From: Polyangiaceae bacterium
GTDB taxonomy: Bacteria; Myxococcota_A; Polyangia; Polyangiales; Polyangiaceae
NCBI GenBank assembly: GCA_965222375.1
Contig: CBDCTZ010000015.1
Coordinates: 1,571,170-1,635,169, forward strand
Reading direction: 5' to 3'
Length of the DNA: 64,000 bases
Under the pieces are notes generated by a model that searched no databases, had not been told where the DNA came from, and saw only the letters and a program-made list of their open reading frames with translations. The first letter of the stretch is position 1. Each line of letters starts with the position of its first letter. The translations under genes and the position numbers were made by a program. This document shows, in pieces, positions 30,314 to 39,818 of the stretch.

Positions 30314-31998
30314 GTGTACGTCACTGCTCCGCCGAACCCGGGGCCGGCATGCTTGATGGTTCTGCCTTGGTAGGAGCCGCGCGCACTGACGACCAAGCCG
30401 GGCCAGACCTCGTACCCAACCTGAGCGATAACGCGCGCTCCGACCTCGCTCCGATCCAGAGAGGTGTCGCTGGGCAAGGCAGAAGGCTGGTTCGGCTCCA
30501 CGTTCTCGACGGTCGCCGTTGCGCCAGCGGGCTGATTCGTCACTTCCGTGCGCAGCAATATTGGAAGGCGCTCGAAAGTCTTCAGCTCGAGTTGGGTGAT
30601 GCCGCGGAGGCCGATGCCCCCCAAGACTTCCCCGCCAATCTGTAGGTTGGTGCCGCGGTCGCTACCGAGCCGGATCATGGCCTGAGCGCCCGTAGACACG
30701 CCATCGTCACGTAGCCCGATGACGCCCCGGGCAATCAACGCGGTGAAGCTGCTGAAGGCGTACTCGCCTTCCAGATAGCCGTAGGTCAGACCGACGCGTC
30801 GCGCGCTCTTGTTCAGCTCGTCGAGGTCCTCGAGAGATCCACCCACCCCGCGGAAGACGCCGAAGCCACTTCGCAGCGCACGGATACCCACGTCCGAAAA
30901 ACGCATTCCCGCGTAGCCTTCGGTTTGCCACACGCGATCGTTGCCGCGGAAGCGATTGTAGTCCGCGTAGTCAGTCCACACGCTCACCGTCGCTTCAGGA
31001 CGGCCCGGCGGTTCCGGCCGAGGGATCTCGTGCACAGCGACTCGGATCGGCCTGTCGGCGCTACCGACCAACTCCGTAGCTTTCCCCTTCGCGTCAGTAG
31101 CCTCGATGAAGTACTGCAACTCGTCGCCAACAACCCGGGCAGCAGGTAGCTGGACGACGAAGTAGTGCGGTCCAGCGCTACGCAGAGGTGTCGTGACGTA
31201 GGCCACCTCGCCCGCATGTCGGCTGTGCAGCACTGCGCCACGCGCCGCGCCTGACACTTCCAACCCTAGACTCAGAGGTCGGCCGGAGATCGCTTGCTTC
31301 GGCTCCTGAAAACTGCGCAGCTCGATGTTGTCGACGTCGTTTCCCGCGGCTAGAAGACGCCGCAAGAATTGAGCTTCTTCCCACAGAACCGCGGCGAACC
31401 TGCCCTTGGGCTGCGCCGCGACATGGCTTTCGTAGGCCTTGATCCGTACTGACAAGGGCGCGTTTCGCAAGCCGTCGAAGAGCTTCGCCACGGCGCGTTC
31501 CTCGGGGTCCGAACTGGGCGGCGACATGGCTCGCGCAATGGTCGCGGCATCCGGGGGCGGCTTCTTCTCCGCCGCTGCAGCAGGGAGCGTCCCCGCTGGC
31601 GGACGAGGCACACTGGTGGGCGCTACCACGCGTCGCAGAACCACCACGTCTCCGGCCTTGGGCTCACGGGTCAGTGCGCCACTCGGTCGCGCGAAACTGA
31701 GGCGCTCACGCACCTGCGTCAGTCGCAACCGGCCGATACGAAAGCGATCTTTGACACGCTTCTTCGTTACCGGGTGGATCAAGGAAAGCGGCCTCCATAT
31801 CTCAATCGTGTCCCCGACGGAGGCGCCGCGACTGGAAGCGAGATCGACGACTATGTCCCCGTTGGATAGCGCGACGACGTAGCCTTCCACCACACGCGGT
31901 TCAGCCGCGGGGCTTTCCGTCGGAGACAACGAAAGCGACGCCGCGACCAGCGCAGCGCATAACCAATTCGACGATGCGATCCAAAACCGTGAGGGCAC
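30307..31998 (-). CDS. Putative outer-membrane protein (FlgT-C-like, Ig-like and beta-barrel regions)
   Basis: Signal peptide; VVDLASSRGASVGD; LQYFIEATD; ends ..VTYTW. Confidence 0.75.
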   Translation of the reverse strand: MPSRFWIASSNWLCAALVAASLSLSPTESPAAEPRVVEGYVVALSNGDIVVDLASSRGASVGDTIEIWRPLSLIHPVTKKRVKDRFRIGRLRLTQVRERLSFARPSGALTREPKAGDVVVLRRVVAPTSVPRPPAGTLPAAAAEKKPPPDAATIARAMSPPSSDPEERAVAKLFDGLRNAPLSVRIKAYESHVAAQPKGRFAAVLWEEAQFLRRLLAAGNDVDNIELRSFQEPKQAISGRPLSLGLEVSGAARGAVLHSRHAGEVAYVTTPLRSAGPHYFVVQLPAARVVGDELQYFIEATDAKGKATELVGSADRPIRVAVHEIPRPEPPGRPEATVSVWTDYADYNRFRGNDRVWQTEGYAGMRFSDVGIRALRSGFGVFRGVGGSLEDLDELNKSARRVGLTYGYLEGEYAFSSFTALIARGVIGLRDDGVSTGAQAMIRLGSDRGTNLQIGGEVLGGIGLRGITQLELKTFERLPILLRTEVTNQPAGATATVENVEPNQPSALPSDTSLDRSEVGARVIAQVGYEVWPGLVVSARGSYQGRTIKHAGPGFGGAVTYTW

Positions 31999-32173
31999 GG
32001 TCAGGACAAGAGCAACCTCTAGGCCAAGGCGTTTCCCGCGGTTTTGCCGCGGGCCCGTTCTAGTGTGCCGATCTTGCCGCGGGTTGGCTCGACCACTTTG
32101 TGGTCAGGACCTCACAGTGTTGATCCAAATCGCAAGCGCGAACCAAGCGCAATGCGAACGTTCTTGCGCAGGC

Positions 32174-33214
32174 TCATTCCGCGGCTGGCGCTTGGCGCTC
32201 TTGCCGTTCCTCGGCGAACTCGGTTTCTGCTTTGTTGAGCTCTTCGAAGGGATCCTCCCAATCCTCGAACTGCAAGATCCCCAAATCGTGGAAACGCGCG
32301 CGCTGGCGATCTGAGAGCAGGCCGATGCGCTTGATGGCCGGTACGACCTTCGCAAAAAGCAGTTGCCGGAATTGGCGCTGACCCTCGTTGTTCAACGTGA
32401 TCTGCTTGCACTCCTCGACGGGCAGCCCGGTTTTTTCCCAGACCTCCTGGAACAGAAAGCGGTCCCGCATCATCACGGCAGCCTCGTAGACGAAGTCCTC
32501 CCGTTCCTTCACATCGGCCTCTTTGACGTCTTTGTAGTAGTCCCGAAGGGACAGGACGCCGTAGGCCACGTGCCGCGCTTCATCCTGCAGCACGTATGTC
32601 GTCAGGTCCTTCAACAAGGGCTCCAACACGTTGTTGCGAGTGACACCGAAGGCCGCCAGGGCCAAGCCCTCGACCATGATCTGCATTCCGAGCAACTTCA
32701 TGTCCCAGCGGCTGTCCTTTAGGATCATGTCGAGCAGGCGTCGCAGGTGGGGACTGATTGGATAGGAGTTGTCGAGCTTCTCGTGCAGGTAGCGATCAAA
32801 CACCTCGACGTGGCGGGCCTCGTCCATCACCTGAGTACCCGCGTACAACTTGCTCTCGATGTCGGGCACTGAGTTGACGAGCTGGGCTGCGGCCAGCAGT
32901 GCACCTTGCTCGCCATGGAGGAATTGCGACTGCGTCCACGCAGGCATCTCGACCGCTAGCTCCTTGTGCTTTTTCTCATCGAGCTTTTCGTAGATTTCCG
33001 AACCGAAGAGAGGATGCATGAAGTCTGGGATGTACTGTTTCTCCAGATCGACATCGGTGCTCCAGTCCAAGCGCTCGTCCGCATCCCACTGCGAACGTTT
33101 CGCTTTGGTGTATAGCTCTCTCAGATCTTGACGAGTCTTCTCGTAACCCCAGTTGAAAGAGATGTTGAGGGACGCCTCAATCTGCTCGACGTGAAACGAA
33201 CGCTCTTCGGCCAT
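32174..33214 (-). CDS. Ferritin-like diiron oxygenase (AurF-like)
   Basis: HGEQGALL, two DEARH motifs, VEGLALAAF. Confidence 0.9.
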   Translation of the reverse strand: MAEERSFHVEQIEASLNISFNWGYEKTRQDLRELYTKAKRSQWDADERLDWSTDVDLEKQYIPDFMHPLFGSEIYEKLDEKKHKELAVEMPAWTQSQFLHGEQGALLAAAQLVNSVPDIESKLYAGTQVMDEARHVEVFDRYLHEKLDNSYPISPHLRRLLDMILKDSRWDMKLLGMQIMVEGLALAAFGVTRNNVLEPLLKDLTTYVLQDEARHVAYGVLSLRDYYKDVKEADVKEREDFVYEAAVMMRDRFLFQEVWEKTGLPVEECKQITLNNEGQRQFRQLLFAKVVPAIKRIGLLSDRQRARFHDLGILQFEDWEDPFEELNKAETEFAEERQERQAPAAE

Positions 33215-33237
33215 GGCTGCTCTTCTCCACTTGGTCT

Positions 33238-33261
33238 AAAACTGAAACTGATTTCAGTTTT
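33238..33261. promoter_or_regulatory. Putative TetR operator (perfect 10-bp inverted repeat)
   Basis: AAAACTGAAA-CTGA-TTTCAGTTTT between divergent oxygenase and tetR; related TGAAG-N4-CTTCA at 33294-33307. Confidence 0.75.
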
Positions 33262-33343
33262 GCTTCCAACAAGGTCTAGGTCAAGAGCAAATATGAAGCG
33301 AACTTCACTTTTTTTTCGAAACGTGCTAAATTCAAGGTGATTC

Positions 33344-34033
33344 ATGGCGAATCGCGCGAAGTCAGTTGTTGAAGTGCCCCAGAGTAGTTCCCTCTATCGC
33401 CGCGACACCCGGGAGTTCAGCCAGAGCCGGGCTCGGGAGACTCACAAGGCCCTGCTGCAAGCGGCCGGGGCGGTCTTCTCCGAGAAGGGTTTCGACAACG
33501 CGCAGACCCCGGACATCGCCGCAGTCGCGGGGGTAAGCGTGGGTACCTTCTACCGCTACTTCGCCGACAAGCGCCAAGCCTTCATCGAACTGATCGAGAA
33601 GTACCTCAGCGACTCTTTTGGCAGCGTGATGGTGAACCTGACGGCCGAGGCCTTCAGCGACTCAAAGACACCCCAGGACCGCCGCGCCACCGTGAACCAC
33701 GTCATCGAGGTGCTGTTCAACAACACCGAAATGAACCCCCGCCTGCATCGCGTCTTCTTGGCCCTATCCCTGAGGGATCCTGAGGTCGAGCAGATCCGGA
33801 TCGACTTCGAGGAGCGAAGTCGCGAGATCCTGGCGTCTCTTATCGAGCAAGTCACGACCCGCGAGCGCATTCCGGATCCAGCCGCAGCAGCGGAGGTCAT
33901 TCAGGTGGCTGCACAAGAGATCGCGTTGGCGACCATCGGCAGCCATGGGCCACCGCGACCCAAGGGCCACGCCGAGGCCCTACGTCACGCACTTTCGGAA
34001 ATGCTCTACCGCTACGTGTTCGGCGAGGACTGA
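33344..34033 (+). CDS. TetR/AcrR-family transcriptional regulator
   Basis: FSEKGF..DIAAVAGVSVGTFYRYFADK HTH. Confidence 0.95.
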   Translation: MANRAKSVVEVPQSSSLYRRDTREFSQSRARETHKALLQAAGAVFSEKGFDNAQTPDIAAVAGVSVGTFYRYFADKRQAFIELIEKYLSDSFGSVMVNLTAEAFSDSKTPQDRRATVNHVIEVLFNNTEMNPRLHRVFLALSLRDPEVEQIRIDFEERSREILASLIEQVTTRERIPDPAAAAEVIQVAAQEIALATIGSHGPPRPKGHAEALRHALSEMLYRYVFGED

Positions 34034-34043
34034 ACCACCATGT

Positions 34044-34478
34044 TCAGGGCAAGCTGCCCGCGAAGGCGGTGACCAGCCAGCTCAAACCCGCGGCGAACCA
34101 GAACCCCAGGCCACCGAGGACCAAGAGCACGGGGGCACCCCAAATCTGCTTCTTGGTTGCGATTGACGCTTGTTGCGGGTTGTTCGGATCGTAGAGCACC
34201 GGCACGGCTTGACCGACTTGGTAGCCTTCTCCGCCGCGGAAGGTGCCTGTCCGAAAGCGTACGACTCTCCCATCGGCCGTCACGGCGTCGCCCGCAGGCG
34301 TGAAACTCACGATCGGCGAGTGAGGACCACTGGGGTGTTCCTCCATCTCGGTGACGGTGCCTTGGGTCATCACACCGCTGCGCACGAGTCGCAGGCGGCC
34401 GAACCCAATGACCAACCCGCAGGCGAGCGCCAGGCCGCCGACAGCCGCGAATATCGGTGGCATGTAGGCAATGTCCAC
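34044..34478 (-). CDS. DUF3592-like membrane protein
   Basis: TM - beta domain (VGQAVPVLYDPNNP) - TM. Confidence 0.8.
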   Translation of the reverse strand: MDIAYMPPIFAAVGGLALACGLVIGFGRLRLVRSGVMTQGTVTEMEEHPSGPHSPIVSFTPAGDAVTADGRVVRFRTGTFRGGEGYQVGQAVPVLYDPNNPQQASIATKKQIWGAPVLLVLGGLGFWFAAGLSWLVTAFAGSLP

Positions 34479-34530
34479 GCCTCGAGTCTAGGTCATCCAG
34501 CACGTGAACGGCGGCAGTTTTCGGGGCCGG

Positions 34531-35019
34531 TCAGGTCCGTACGGGCACGGGTTGCGGATTGCGTGGCGAGCTTGGTGGCAGAAGCATCACTTTGCGCGCC
34601 ACCGCCCAGCGCTCGCCGAGCGCGTGCAGCTCACCTTCGCTCATCAGGCTCGCCGCCAGAGGAAACAGGATCGCTTCCTCTTTGGCGAAGTGACCGCGCA
34701 GCACCGCAACAGTCTTGGTGAGCGCTGTGCGGGCTTCCGCGACGTCTTCCAGGAGCGCGATGTCTGCGAGCAATTCGTCTATGTCGCCATGCTCGCCCCG
34801 CAATACGGCCACGGAGCGTCCACTTGCACCCCGCGCTTCTAGTGGAGCAATCAGAAGCTCTTCTTCAGCCCGTGCGTGAGTTCGCAATACAGGCCGCATC
34901 CAGGCCACGGCGTGGCGGACCTCGAGCATGGTCTCGGCGGTTTCAGCAACGCCTTCCAACATGGAAAAGAGCTGCCAGAACAACCCGTGCTCCCCCAGCA
35001 ACGAGTCGGTGATCTTCAT
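34531..35019 (-). CDS. Hemerythrin-domain protein
   Basis: LLGEH, HARAEEELL, LRGEH and HFAKEEAILFP motifs. Confidence 0.9.
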   Translation of the reverse strand: MKITDSLLGEHGLFWQLFSMLEGVAETAETMLEVRHAVAWMRPVLRTHARAEEELLIAPLEARGASGRSVAVLRGEHGDIDELLADIALLEDVAEARTALTKTVAVLRGHFAKEEAILFPLAASLMSEGELHALGERWAVARKVMLLPPSSPRNPQPVPVRT

Positions 35020-35052
35020 GCCTCGATCATGGCGCTCGGGACCTACAGCGCC

Positions 35053-35117
35053 ATGATGCCCATCAGCTTTTCCGTTCCGAGGCGCTCATGCTGATCAGTA
35101 GTTCTGACGTCCATCAC
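35053..35117. promoter_or_regulatory. Two CRP/FNR-type boxes upstream of the hemerythrin gene
   Basis: ATGAT-GCCC-ATCAG (35053-35066) and CTGAC-GTCC-ATCAC (35104-35117) versus TTGAT-N4-ATCAA. Confidence 0.55.
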
Positions 35118-35243
35118 ACTTTGTCCCGGACGGAGGGCGTGTACGGGGCGCACGAGGGGTGACGATGGTCACTTTACTGGCAGCGCGACGGCGGTCACAT
35201 TGCTAGACGCAGCGCGTCGGAAGAGAGCGCACCGAAAAACTGG

Positions 35244-36332
35244 CTAGCCGATGGCGACCCGCAACCGTTTGCGGCCCCAGGGCTTGTCGCTCAAGCCATG
35301 TTCCCAGAACCGTCCCGCGATCTCGTGCCCGCAGCGTGCGCATGCACTGCCGTTTAGAGCGTACCCACCAATGTCGTACCAATCCCGTTCGATCAGGCAG
35401 GTTCCGCAAGAAGGGCAGTAGGTCCCCTGACTCTCGGCATCGTGGATGTTTCCGGAATACACGTGGTTGATACCGGCCGTTCGAGCTAGCTGCCGCGCAC
35501 GCTTGCAGGTCTCGGGCGGCGTTGCAGGAACGTCCAGCATGCGGAAGTCCGGGTGGAACGCGGAAAAATGTAGCGGCACGTCCGGGCCGAGGTTTTCGAG
35601 GAACCACTCGCAAAGGCGATTGATTTCGTCATCCGAGTCGTTGTGCCCGGGAATCAACAAAGTGGTAACCTCGAACCACGCATCCGTGTCCGATTTGAGA
35701 TAGCGCAGAGTGTCCAACACGGGCTCGAGTTCTGCATAGCAGAGCTTGCGGTAGAACTCCGGCGTGAAGGCTTTCAGGTCGACGTTCACGGCATCGATGT
35801 GCTCGAAGAACTCTCTACGAGCCTCGTGGGTGATGTAGCCCGCCGTGACCGCGACCGTCTTGACGCCGATTTCGTGACAAGCCTTGGCTGCATCGATTGC
35901 GTACTCGGCAAAGATCACCGGGTCGTTGTAGGTGAACGCGACGGAATGCGCGCCGTTGTCCCGAGCGGATTGTGCGACTTCCACAGGGCGCGCGCTGGCA
36001 CTGAGCTTCTCGATCTCCCTGGCTTTGGAGATGTCCCAGTTCTGACAGAACTTGCAGCCCAAGTTGCAGCCCGCGGTACCGAAGGACAGGACCGCGCTGC
36101 CGGGAAAGAAGTGGTTCAGGGGCTTCTTCTCGATGGGGTCGACACAAAAGCCTGTCGCCCGGCCGTAGCTGGACAGGTAGATCTGCCCGCCCACGTTTTG
36201 GCGCACGAAGCAAAACGCTCGCTGCCCCTCATGTAGTCGGCAGTAGCGCGGACAAAGATCGCATTGCACCTTCCCGTCGCCAACATCGTGCTGCCAGCGG
36301 CCTAGCTGGTAGCTAGCGGAAAGAGCGCTCAT
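35244..36332 (-). CDS. amrS: AmmeMemoRadiSam-system radical SAM enzyme
   Basis: CDLCPRYC, DPIEKKPLNHF, CNLGCKFCQNWDIS, FTYNDP and C-terminal CPSC/CARC. Confidence 0.93.
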   Translation of the reverse strand: MSALSASYQLGRWQHDVGDGKVQCDLCPRYCRLHEGQRAFCFVRQNVGGQIYLSSYGRATGFCVDPIEKKPLNHFFPGSAVLSFGTAGCNLGCKFCQNWDISKAREIEKLSASARPVEVAQSARDNGAHSVAFTYNDPVIFAEYAIDAAKACHEIGVKTVAVTAGYITHEARREFFEHIDAVNVDLKAFTPEFYRKLCYAELEPVLDTLRYLKSDTDAWFEVTTLLIPGHNDSDDEINRLCEWFLENLGPDVPLHFSAFHPDFRMLDVPATPPETCKRARQLARTAGINHVYSGNIHDAESQGTYCPSCGTCLIERDWYDIGGYALNGSACARCGHEIAGRFWEHGLSDKPWGRKRLRVAIG

Positions 36333-36985
36333 GACGCCTGCCAATGTAAGACCATGCGAGCCCCTCGCCACCGAAATTATCCGCACAAAATTCGCACGCT
36401 CCCGATCGGCTTTGGTGTTTGGGTCGACGCGCTGCGGAACACCCGAAGGGCCGAAGGGGTGCGGAGATGCGGCAAGCTTCGGGCGCTAATCTCGCGCTTC
36501 GTCCCCTTTGACGGGCGGCCGAGCAACGCTCTCTTGCGTCACTCCGGTAGGTCAGGTGGGACGAGCTCTTCAAGATGCCGCAGCCGAGAAAGTCGTCGCG
36601 CTTCGAGAACTCGGCAATGTCGCCTAGAGCTGCGAACAGCTCGGTCACCACCTTGCCGTCGATGTGGCCCGAATCAGCACCGAAGCTCACCAAGTGAGGG
36701 CCGAGCACGCACCAGGCCTTGTCCGGCGAAAACACCATCAGAGTCGCACCCGTTTCCCAGTCCCAAGCCAGGATCTCGGGTGAAGGTGACTCAGAAAGGC
36801 GGCAGCGTGTACCGCGCGACTGGCCGCAACATCACCCGCGAATACGTGTGCGGGAGCACCCCATCGGCGAACGCTCAAGCATGCGAAGAGCGCAGTCTGC
36901 CTAGGCGGGCGCCCGTCACGGAACGCCGGCGATTTCCGGAGTCTGGGAACCCCAGACAGCCACCCGGTCCCTAGTGGCCAACAAG

Positions 36986-38209
36986 CTAGCGCCCTTCGGC
37001 GGCGGCGGTGAATACGCCCTTGGCCATCAAGCTGGTCTCGGCTTCAGCGCGACTCGAGTACACCCGGCTGCGCACCTCCTTGACGGCGTCAGAACCTGCG
37101 TCGGCACGATGGGCGATTTCCACCAGGTGACACGCGAGGCGGTGTTCGCCCCGCTCGCTCAGCTCTTTGGCGCGCTTCAGCAGCACGTCCACGCCGGCCA
37201 GGTCGGCGAGTTCCTTGGCTAACGCTCCCTCGGGCGCTGGCTTGAGGTGCGCCGGATTGCCATCGTACCAACCTCCGTATAGGCGCCATAGGTTGCGCAC
37301 AATGAACTCGGGTTCGTCATAGACGGGACGCAAGTATGGGCGCTCTAGGAGCCGCGGAGGTGCCTTCACTGCATGAAGAACTTTATCCAAACTCGCACCC
37401 TCGTTCATGAGCGCGAGGGTCTGGTCCACTAAGGTTTCGAGGAGCTCTGCGGTCTCGGACAGTGCCTGCACGGCTCTGTCCCGCCCGATGATCGGGAGCC
37501 CATGACCGGGTAGCAACATGTCCGGCCCCAGCGCAGCCATCTCCCGCAACGCCGCGGCCCACTCCTTTGGAAAGCGCTGAGCCTTCTGGGGATTGCCGCA
37601 ATTCGGCGACGCCCAGATGAACAAGTCACCCGTGCAAAGCGCTCGGCGCTCGGGCATCCAGACCCACACATGATCATCGGTTTCGCCTTTCGCATGGCGA
37701 AGCTCGATCTTCTCGCCGCCGAGAGTCAGATCCAGGCGATCCGTCACGGTGCGATCTGGGAATCGGTACTCGGTGGGCCATTGAACCGGGATCCCGAATT
37801 GACGCTGGTTGATGGTCTCGTTGTAGCCAGCGGTAAGCTCGTAGCGCTTGAAGCGCTCTGCGACGGCGGGATGGGCGATGACTTCGATCTTTGCTCCGGG
37901 CTCCGCTTCGAAGGGTGGCAGCCCGAAGGCATGGTCTACGTGTCCGTGGGTGTAGACGGCCGTGTGCACCGGGCGCTTGCTCCAGTCCCGGATCTGCCCG
38001 TGATTGTTGGCGGCAAGGAAGAACGAGCCCGTATCGAAGAGGGCCAACCCGGCGCTGGTGTCCAGAACGATGACGTTGCCAAAACTCGACAGAAAGGCGA
38101 GGCCATCTGCGACTTGCTCCAACCCTAAGAAGGACGTCACCGGCGACATGTCGCTGGTACTCGCTTTTCCATTCCAAAGGCGCTCCGCCGTCTCGAGCAC
38201 TTGTCCCAT
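36986..38209 (-). CDS. MBL-fold alkyl/aryl sulfatase-like hydrolase
   Basis: THGHVDH, GETDDH, PNCGNPQK, LLPGHG and YGGWYDGNPAHL motifs; coupled downstream of rph. Confidence 0.9.
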   Translation of the reverse strand: MGQVLETAERLWNGKASTSDMSPVTSFLGLEQVADGLAFLSSFGNVIVLDTSAGLALFDTGSFFLAANNHGQIRDWSKRPVHTAVYTHGHVDHAFGLPPFEAEPGAKIEVIAHPAVAERFKRYELTAGYNETINQRQFGIPVQWPTEYRFPDRTVTDRLDLTLGGEKIELRHAKGETDDHVWVWMPERRALCTGDLFIWASPNCGNPQKAQRFPKEWAAALREMAALGPDMLLPGHGLPIIGRDRAVQALSETAELLETLVDQTLALMNEGASLDKVLHAVKAPPRLLERPYLRPVYDEPEFIVRNLWRLYGGWYDGNPAHLKPAPEGALAKELADLAGVDVLLKRAKELSERGEHRLACHLVEIAHRADAGSDAVKEVRSRVYSSRAEAETSLMAKGVFTAAAEGR

Positions 38210-38212
38210 CTG

Positions 38213-38977
38213 TCACCCCGATAGCAGCAGTTTGTCCAAGTCCACCTGCGCCTCGCCGAGAACCCGGCGCTGAACGTCGCACAGATCCTTCACGCCCTTG
38301 AGGGCTAGATCGACCATCTTGTCGATTTCGTCGCGGGGAACGGCTTCGCCCTCGGCGGTGCCTTGGATCTCGACGATTCCGCCCCGCGCCGTCGCCACGA
38401 CGTTGAGGTCGACCCGAGCCGTGCTGTCCTCGGCGTAGCAAAGGTCGAGAGCCAGGTTGTCATCCACGTGTCCCACGCTTACGGCGGCAACCTGGTCGCG
38501 AAGCACACGGGTTTCCAGCTGCTTGCGCTCGCGCAGGGCGCCCAGAGCCAAGCACAGCGCAATGAAGCCACCGGTGATGCTGGCGGTGCGGGTGCCGCCG
38601 TCCGCTTCCAGCACGTCGCAGTCGACCACCACGCTGCGCTCTCCAAGTTGCTCGAGGTCGACGGCGGAACGCAGGGCGCGGCCGATGAGTCTCTCGATCT
38701 CGCGGGTTCGTCCGCCCAGGGGTTTCTCGCGACCGTCGCGGCGCTCACGACGCACGGGATTGGAGCGTGGATGCATCTGGTACTCGGCGGTGACCCAGCC
38801 GCGACCCTTGCCCTCCATCCACTTTGGAACCGACGTGTCCACGGAGGCCGTGCACAGCACCAATGTGCCACCTGCCCGATACAAGGCCGAACCCTCAGCC
38901 ATGCGGTGAAACCCCGGTAGAACTTCCACGGGGCGAATCAGGTCTAAGGCGCGCCCCCCGCGTTTTTCAGTCGTCAT
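38213..38977 (-). CDS. rph: Ribonuclease PH
   Basis: AEGSA, GWVTAEYQM, GRTREIERLIGRALR and ADGGTRTASITG motifs. Confidence 0.97.
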   Translation of the reverse strand: MTTEKRGGRALDLIRPVEVLPGFHRMAEGSALYRAGGTLVLCTASVDTSVPKWMEGKGRGWVTAEYQMHPRSNPVRRERRDGREKPLGGRTREIERLIGRALRSAVDLEQLGERSVVVDCDVLEADGGTRTASITGGFIALCLALGALRERKQLETRVLRDQVAAVSVGHVDDNLALDLCYAEDSTARVDLNVVATARGGIVEIQGTAEGEAVPRDEIDKMVDLALKGVKDLCDVQRRVLGEAQVDLDKLLLSG

Positions 38978-39125
38978 GGCCGCCCGTGTATCACAGCGCT
39001 CGGTCGGAGGGCAGCGCGTCTGGCTCACCCTTCGTGCCCCGCGACGGGCGGGCCACTCTGTCGGCCGCTTAGTCACCAGTTGCGCACCTTGCAACCTCGC
39101 GCGTTGTCTGCACACTTGCGCTGTC

Positions 39126-39818
39126 GTGCCCCGCGCGGAATTGGAAGTATCGGAGATCTTCGAGAGCCTGCAGGGCGAGGGTGCGACTAGCGGCAAGCCC
39201 TGTGTGTTCTTGCGCCTGGCCGTGTGCAATCTACGCTGCACCTGGTGCGACACCAAATACAGCTGGGACTTCAAGAACTACGACTACGACGCAGAGGTTC
39301 AGCTCCTCTTCGTCGACGACGTGCGCGCTGAGCTCGAGGCCAAGCGCCATAGGCGGCTGGTCGTAACCGGCGGCGAACCACTCCTGCAGGCGGTGGCGCT
39401 CGGCAAATTGCTGGCGTCGCTAACGGACTGGAGCGTTGAAGTCGAGACGAACGGTACCGTGATTCCACCCGAAGGCCTGGTGGGACATGTGTCGCAGTGG
39501 AACGTCTCACCCAAGCTGGAAAACTCCGGCGAACCGTCGGGGCGGCGGATCAAACTGGAAGCACTACTTGCACTCAGGGACCTGAAAAACTCGTGGCTCA
39601 AGCTGGTCGTGCGGGACGGCACGTGCGCGGCGGAAGCCGAGCAACTGCTCGACGAGACCCAGTGGCCGCGACAGCGCGTGATTTGGATGCCGGAGGCCTC
39701 GAATCGCGCGGAACTCGAGCGCCGCTCTGCGCACGTCGCGGAGCTCTGCGACAAGCACGACGTGCGGTTTTCGTCGCGACTGCACTTGTCGCTCTGGGAC
39801 GGAAAGCGGGGAACTTGA
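39126..39818 (+). CDS. queE: 7-carboxy-7-deazaguanine synthase (radical SAM)
   Basis: EIFESLQGEG, CNLRCTWCDT, TGGEPLLQ, VETNGT and VSPKL motifs. Confidence 0.92.
   Translation: MPRAELEVSEIFESLQGEGATSGKPCVFLRLAVCNLRCTWCDTKYSWDFKNYDYDAEVQLLFVDDVRAELEAKRHRRLVVTGGEPLLQAVALGKLLASLTDWSVEVETNGTVIPPEGLVGHVSQWNVSPKLENSGEPSGRRIKLEALLALRDLKNSWLKLVVRDGTCAAEAEQLLDETQWPRQRVIWMPEASNRAELERRSAHVAELCDKHDVRFSSRLHLSLWDGKRGT

Noticed and set aside
36340..36980. Gene or ncRNA between amrS and the MBL hydrolase
   Set aside because: Short conflicting ORFs without recognisable motifs; no tRNA, SRP, tmRNA or 6S signature seen
39126..39818. 7-deazaguanine DNA-modification (dpd) system together with the MTase
   Set aside because: No dpdA/tgt, queC or queD nearby, and the MTase is 37 kb away; ordinary queuosine queE is simpler
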